Below, piece by piece: positions 59,077 through 64,000 of a stretch of DNA of 64,000 nucleotides. The DNA is from Auanema rhodensis (Eukaryota > Animalia > Nematoda), in contig OZ059900.1 in NCBI GenBank assembly GCA_964057225.1, forward strand, positions 2,542,001 through 2,606,000, given 5' to 3'. A model generated the notes under the pieces. That model saw nothing but the letters and a program-made list of their open reading frames with translations, was not told the origin of the DNA and made no database searches. The translations under genes were made by a program, and so were the position numbers. How positions within the stretch are numbered: the stretch's first letter is position 1; each line of letters opens with the position of its first letter.

Positions 59077-59118
59077 GAGAATCAAACACATAATACACAA
59101 AATAAGTCTATTTTTTTT
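59077..59118 (+). repeat. 42-bp remnant, copy 4
   Basis: GAGAATCAAACA occurs at 59077 and 59119. Confidence 0.9.
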
Positions 59119-62100
59119 GAGAATCAAACATACAATACACAAAATCAGTCTATTTTTATGAGCTTGCACTGATATATATTCATTTTGATCAAAAAAGGTC
59201 GAAAATAGAAAGAATTTTTGAAATTTCCGAGTTTTGAGTCTAATTTGGCTAAATCGCTCATATATATGATCAGAAGCATAGTTTTATTGTCTATGACAAC
59301 AAAAATCATCAATTAAACGCTAGTGATGTTTAAATACTGATTTTCGCTCAAATAGCATTACTACACTAAGTATGGTCGTTTTTATGCCTTTAACACCATA
59401 TACTCACCGATTTTTGGTACAAAATCTGTAATACTCGTAAAATTTGATCATATTTGTTAAGATTTGAGAATCAAACACACAATACACAAAATCAGTCTAT
59501 TTTTATGAGTTTACACTGATATATATTCATTTTCATCAAAAAAGGTCGAAAATAGAAAGAATTTTTGAATTTTCCGAGTTTTGAGTCGAATTGGGCTAAA
59601 TCGCTCATATATATGATCAAAAGCATAGTTTTACTGTCTATGATAACAAAAGTCTTCAAATATACACTAATAATGATTAAATCACTGAATTTCACTCAAA
59701 TAGCATTACTACACTAAGTATGGTCGTTTTTATGCCTTTAACACCATATACTCACCGATTTTTGGTACAAAATCTGTAATACTTGTAAATTTTGATCATA
59801 TTCGTTAAGATTCGAGAATCAAACACATAATACACGAAATAAGTCTAGTTTTATGAGTTTGCACTGATATTTATTCATTTTGATCAAAAAAGGTCGAAAA
59901 TAGAAAGAATTTTTGAATTTTCCGAGTTTTGAGTCCAATTGGGCTAAATCGCTCATATAGATGATCAAAAGCATAGTTTTACTGTCTATGATAACAAAAG
60001 TCTTCAAATATACACTAATAATGATTAAATCACTGAATTTCAGTCAAATAGCATTACTACACTAAGTATGGTCGTTTTTATGCCTTTAACACCATATACT
60101 CACCGATTTTTGGTACAAAATCTGTAATACTTGTAAATTTTGATCATATTCGTTAAGATTCGAGAATCAAACACATAATACACGAAATAAGTCTAGTTTT
60201 ATGAGTTTGCACTGATATTTATTCATTTTGATCAAAAAAGGTCGAAAATAGAAAGAATTTTTGAATTTTCCGAGTTTTGAGTCCAATTGGGCTAAATCGC
60301 TCATATAGATGATCAAAAGCATAGTTTTACTGTCTATGATAACAAAAGTCTTCAAATATACACTAATAATGTGTAAATCACTGAATTTCACTCAAATAGC
60401 ATTACTACACTAAGTATGGTCGTTTTTATGCCTTTAACACCATATACTCACCGATTTTTGGTACAAAATCTGTAATACTTGTAAATTTTGATCATATTCG
60501 TTAAGATTCGAGAATCAAACACATAATACACGAAATAAGTCTATTTTTATGAGTTTGCACTGATATTTATTCATTTTGATCAAAAAAGGTCGAAAATAGA
60601 AAGAATTTTTGAAATTTCCGAGTTTTGAGTCTAATTTGGCTAAATCGCTCATATATATGATCAGAAGCATAGTTTTATTGTCTATGACAACAAAAATTAT
60701 CAATTAAACGCTAGTGATGTTTAAATACTGATTTTCGCTCAAATAGCATTACTACACTAAGTATGGTCGTTTTTATGCCTTTAACACCATATACTCACCG
60801 ATTTTTGGTACAAAATCTGTAATACTCGTAAATTTTGATCATATTCGTTAAGATTTGAGAATCAAACATACAATACACAAAATCAGTCTATTTTTATGAG
60901 CTTGCACTGATATATATTCATTTTGATCAAAAAAGGTCGAAAATAGAAAGAATTTTTGAAATTTCCGAGTTTTGAGTCTAATTTGGCTAAATCGCTCATA
61001 TATATGATCAAAAGCATAGTTTTATTGTCTATAACAACAAAAGTCATCAATTAAACGCTAGTGATGTTTAAATACTGAATTTCGCTCAAATAGCATTACT
61101 ACACTAAGTATGGTCGTTTTTATGCCTTTAACACCATATACTCACCGATTTTTGGTACAAAATCTGTAATACTTGTAAATTTTGATCATATTTGTTAAGA
61201 TTCGAGAATCAAACACATAATACACGAAATAAGTCTATTTTTACAAGTTTGCACTGATATTTATTCATTTTGATCAAAAAAGGTCGAAAATAGAAAGAAT
61301 TTTTGAAATTTCCGAGTTTTGAGTCCAATTTGGCTAAATCGCTCATATATAAGATCAAAAGCATAGTTTTATTGTCTATAACAACAAAAGTCATCAATTA
61401 AACGCTAGTGATGTTTAAATACTGAATTTCGCTCAAATAGCATTACTACACTAAGTATGGTCGTTTTTATGCCTTTAACACCATATACTCACCGATTTTT
61501 GGTACAAAATCTGTAATACTCGTAAATTTTGATCATATTCGTTAAGATTTGAGAATCAAACATACAATACACAAAATCAGTCTATTTTTATGAGCTTGCA
61601 CTGATATATATTCATTTTGATCAAAAAAGGTCGAAAATAGAAAGAATTTTTGAAATTTCCGAGTTTTGAGTCTAATTTGGCTAAATCGCTCATATATATG
61701 ATCAGAAGCATAGGTGTATTGTCTATGACAACAAAAGTCATTAATTAAACACTAATGATGTTTAAATCACTAAATTTCGCTCTAATAGCATTACTACACT
61801 AAGTATGGTCGTTTTTATGCCTTTAACACCATATACTCACCGATTTTTGGTACAAAATCTGTAATACTCGTAAATTTTGATCATATTCGTTAAGATTTGA
61901 GAATCAAACATACAATACACAAAATCAGTCTATTTTTATGAGCTTGCACTGATATATATTCATTTTGATCAAAAAAGGTCGAAAATAGAAAGAATTTTTG
62001 AAATTTCCGAGTTTTGAGTCTAATTTGGCTAAATCGCTCATATATATGATCAGAAGCATAGGTGTATTGTCTATGACAACAAAAGTCATTAATTAAACAC

Positions 62101-64000
62101 TAATGATGTTTAAATCACTAAATTTCGCTCTAATAGCATTACTACACTAAGTATGGTCGTTTTTATGCCTTTAACACCATATACTAACCGATTTTTGGTA
62201 CAAAATCTGTAATACTCGTAAATTTTGATCATATTCGTTAAGATTTGAGAATCAAACACACAATACACAAAATCAGTCTATTTTTATGAGCTTGCACTGA
62301 TATATATTCATTTTGATCAAAAAAGGTCGAAAATAGAAAGAATTTTTGAAATTTCCGAGTTTTGAGTCTAATTTGGCTAAATGGCTCATATATATGATCA
62401 GAAGCATAGGTGTATTGTCTATGACAACAAAAGTCATCAATTAAACGCTAGTGATGTTTAAATACTGAATTTCGCTCAAATAGCATTACTACACTAAGTA
62501 TGGTCGTTTTTATGCCTTTAACACCATATACTCACCGATTTTTGGTACAAAATCTGTAATACTCGTAAATTTTGATCATATTCGTTAAGATTTGAGAATC
62601 AAACATACAATACACAAAATCAGTCTATTTTTATGAGCTTGCACTGATATATATTCATTTTGATCAAAAAAGGTCGAAAATAGAAAGAATTTTTGAAATT
62701 TCCGAGTTTTGAGTCTAATTTGGCTAAATCGCTCATATATATGATCAAAAACATAGTTTTACTGTCTATGATAACAAAAGTCTTCAAATATACACTAATA
62801 ATGATTAAATCACTGAATTTCAGTCAAATAGCATTACTACACTAAGTATGGTCGTTTTTATGCCTTTAACACCATATACTCACCGATTTTTGGTACAAAA
62901 TCTGTAATACTCGTAAATTTTGATCATATTCGTTAAGATTTGAGAATCAAACACACAATACACAAAATCAGTCTATTTTTATGAGCTTGCACTGATATAT
63001 ATTCATTTTGATCAAAAAAGGTCGAAAATAGAAAGAATTTTGGAAATTTCCGAGTTTTGAGTCTAATTTGGCTAAATCGCTCATATATATGATCAGAAGC
63101 ATAGGTGTATTGTCTATGACAACAAAAGTCATCAATTAAACGCTAGTGATGTTTTAATACTGAATTTCGCTCAAATAGCATTACTACACTAAGTATGGTC
63201 GTTTTTATGCCTTTAACACCATATACTCACCGATTTTTGGTACAAAATCTGTAATACTCGTAAATTTTGATCATATTCGTTAAGATTTGAGAATCAAACA
63301 TACAATACACAAAATCAGTCTATTTTTATGAGCTTGCACTGATATATATTCATTTTGATCAAAAAAGGTCGAAAATAGAAAGAATTTTTGAAATTTCCGA
63401 GTTTTGAGTCTAATTTGGCTAAATCGCTCATATATATGATCAAAAGCATAGTTTTACTGTCTATGATAACAAAAGTCTTCAATTATACACTAATAATGAT
63501 TAAATCACTGAATTTCAGTCAAATAGCATTACTACACTAAGTATGGTCGTTTTTATGCCTTTAACACCATATACTCACCGATTTTTGGTACAAAATCTGT
63601 AATACTTGTAAATTTTGATCATATTTGTTAAGATTCGAGAATCAAACACATAATACACGAAATAAGTCTATTTTTACAAGTTTGCACTGATATTTATTCA
63701 TTTTGATCAAAAAAGGTCGAAAATAGAAAGAATTTTTGAAATTTCCGAGTTTTGAGTCTAATTTGGCTAAATCGCTCATATATATGATCAGAAGCATAGT
63801 TTTATTGTCTATGACAACAAAAGTCATCAATTAAACGCTAGTGATGTTTAAATACTGATTTTCGCTCAAATAGCATTACTACACTAAGTATGGTCGTTTT
63901 TATGCCTTTAACACCATATACTCACCGATTTTTGGTACAAAATCTGTAATACTCGTAAATTTTGATCATATTCGTTAAGATTTGAAAATCAAACACATAA

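Larger units (their letters stand above)
1..64000. repeat. AT-rich tandem satellite DNA array, 347/348-bp monomer, about 184 copies, running off both window ends
   Basis: The anchor AATAGCATTACTACACTAAGTATGGTCGTTTTTATGCCTTTAACACC (or its reverse complement) recurs every 347-348 bp throughout. ORF-track offsets are sums of 347/348 (e.g. 846, 1194, 1542). The length dimorphism is one C indel, AAATACTG (347) vs AAATCACTG (348). I saw no non-satellite sequence. Confidence 0.99.
30957..64000 (+). repeat. Forward-orientation satellite block 3 (about 95 monomers)
   Basis: Forward orientation is uniform to the window end. Confidence 0.97.
45921..64000 (+). repeat. 14,062-bp-offset duplication (about 45921-49938 repeated at about 59983-64000, continuing off the window)
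   Basis: Private SNPs recur at +14062: ACTAACCG (48124/62186), AAATGGCTC (48321/62383), AAAATTATCA, CTTCAATTATAC. ORFs 46105, 46453, 47147 and 49580 recur at 60167, 60515, 61209 and 63642. Confidence 0.9.

Noticed and set aside
846-63830. About 85 short ORFs (61-89 aa, ...MSDLAKLDSKLGNFKNSFYFRPFLIK...) resembling a diversified small-protein array
   Set aside because: They are one reading frame of the satellite monomer. Most start at TTG or GTG, roughly half of the monomers have the frame cut short by a stop, I recognise no domain, and the non-ORF part of the monomer is the more conserved part.
1-64000. CRISPR-like or diversity-cassette interpretation of conserved boxes plus variable segments
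   Set aside because: The variable segments are homologous alleles rather than unique spacers, the period is 348 bp, and no cas, recombinase or reverse transcriptase gene is present.
1-64000. Assignment to a named satellite family, organism, or 5S rDNA/tRNA tandem array
   Set aside because: I recognise no 5S or tRNA sequence, and monomer length alone cannot identify a family. A database search is needed.

Overview
The whole 64-kb window is one AT-rich tandem satellite array of about 184 monomers of 347/348 bp. It is almost certainly eukaryotic heterochromatic DNA, possibly centromeric or pericentromeric. I cannot identify the organism or the satellite family. I see no genes, RNA genes, transposons or CRISPR arrays, and all listed ORFs are the same chance reading frames repeated in each monomer. 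The structure lies above and below the monomer: (1) a ~2.93-kb inverted block with near-palindromic, out-of-phase junctions, present twice because it sits in a 6,120-bp tandem duplication; (2) two truncated-monomer scars, a 71-bp remnant (2 copies) and a 42-bp remnant (4 copies); (3) nested local higher-order repeats of 2, 4, 5, 6, 7 and 11 monomers, plus 8.1-kb and 14.06-kb duplications; (4) monomers made of near-invariant boxes and shuffled two-state variable modules; (5) a strong CpG-transition signature at the variable sites. I found no support for a new coding system. All counts and offsets were read by eye or taken from the ORF-track coordinates.
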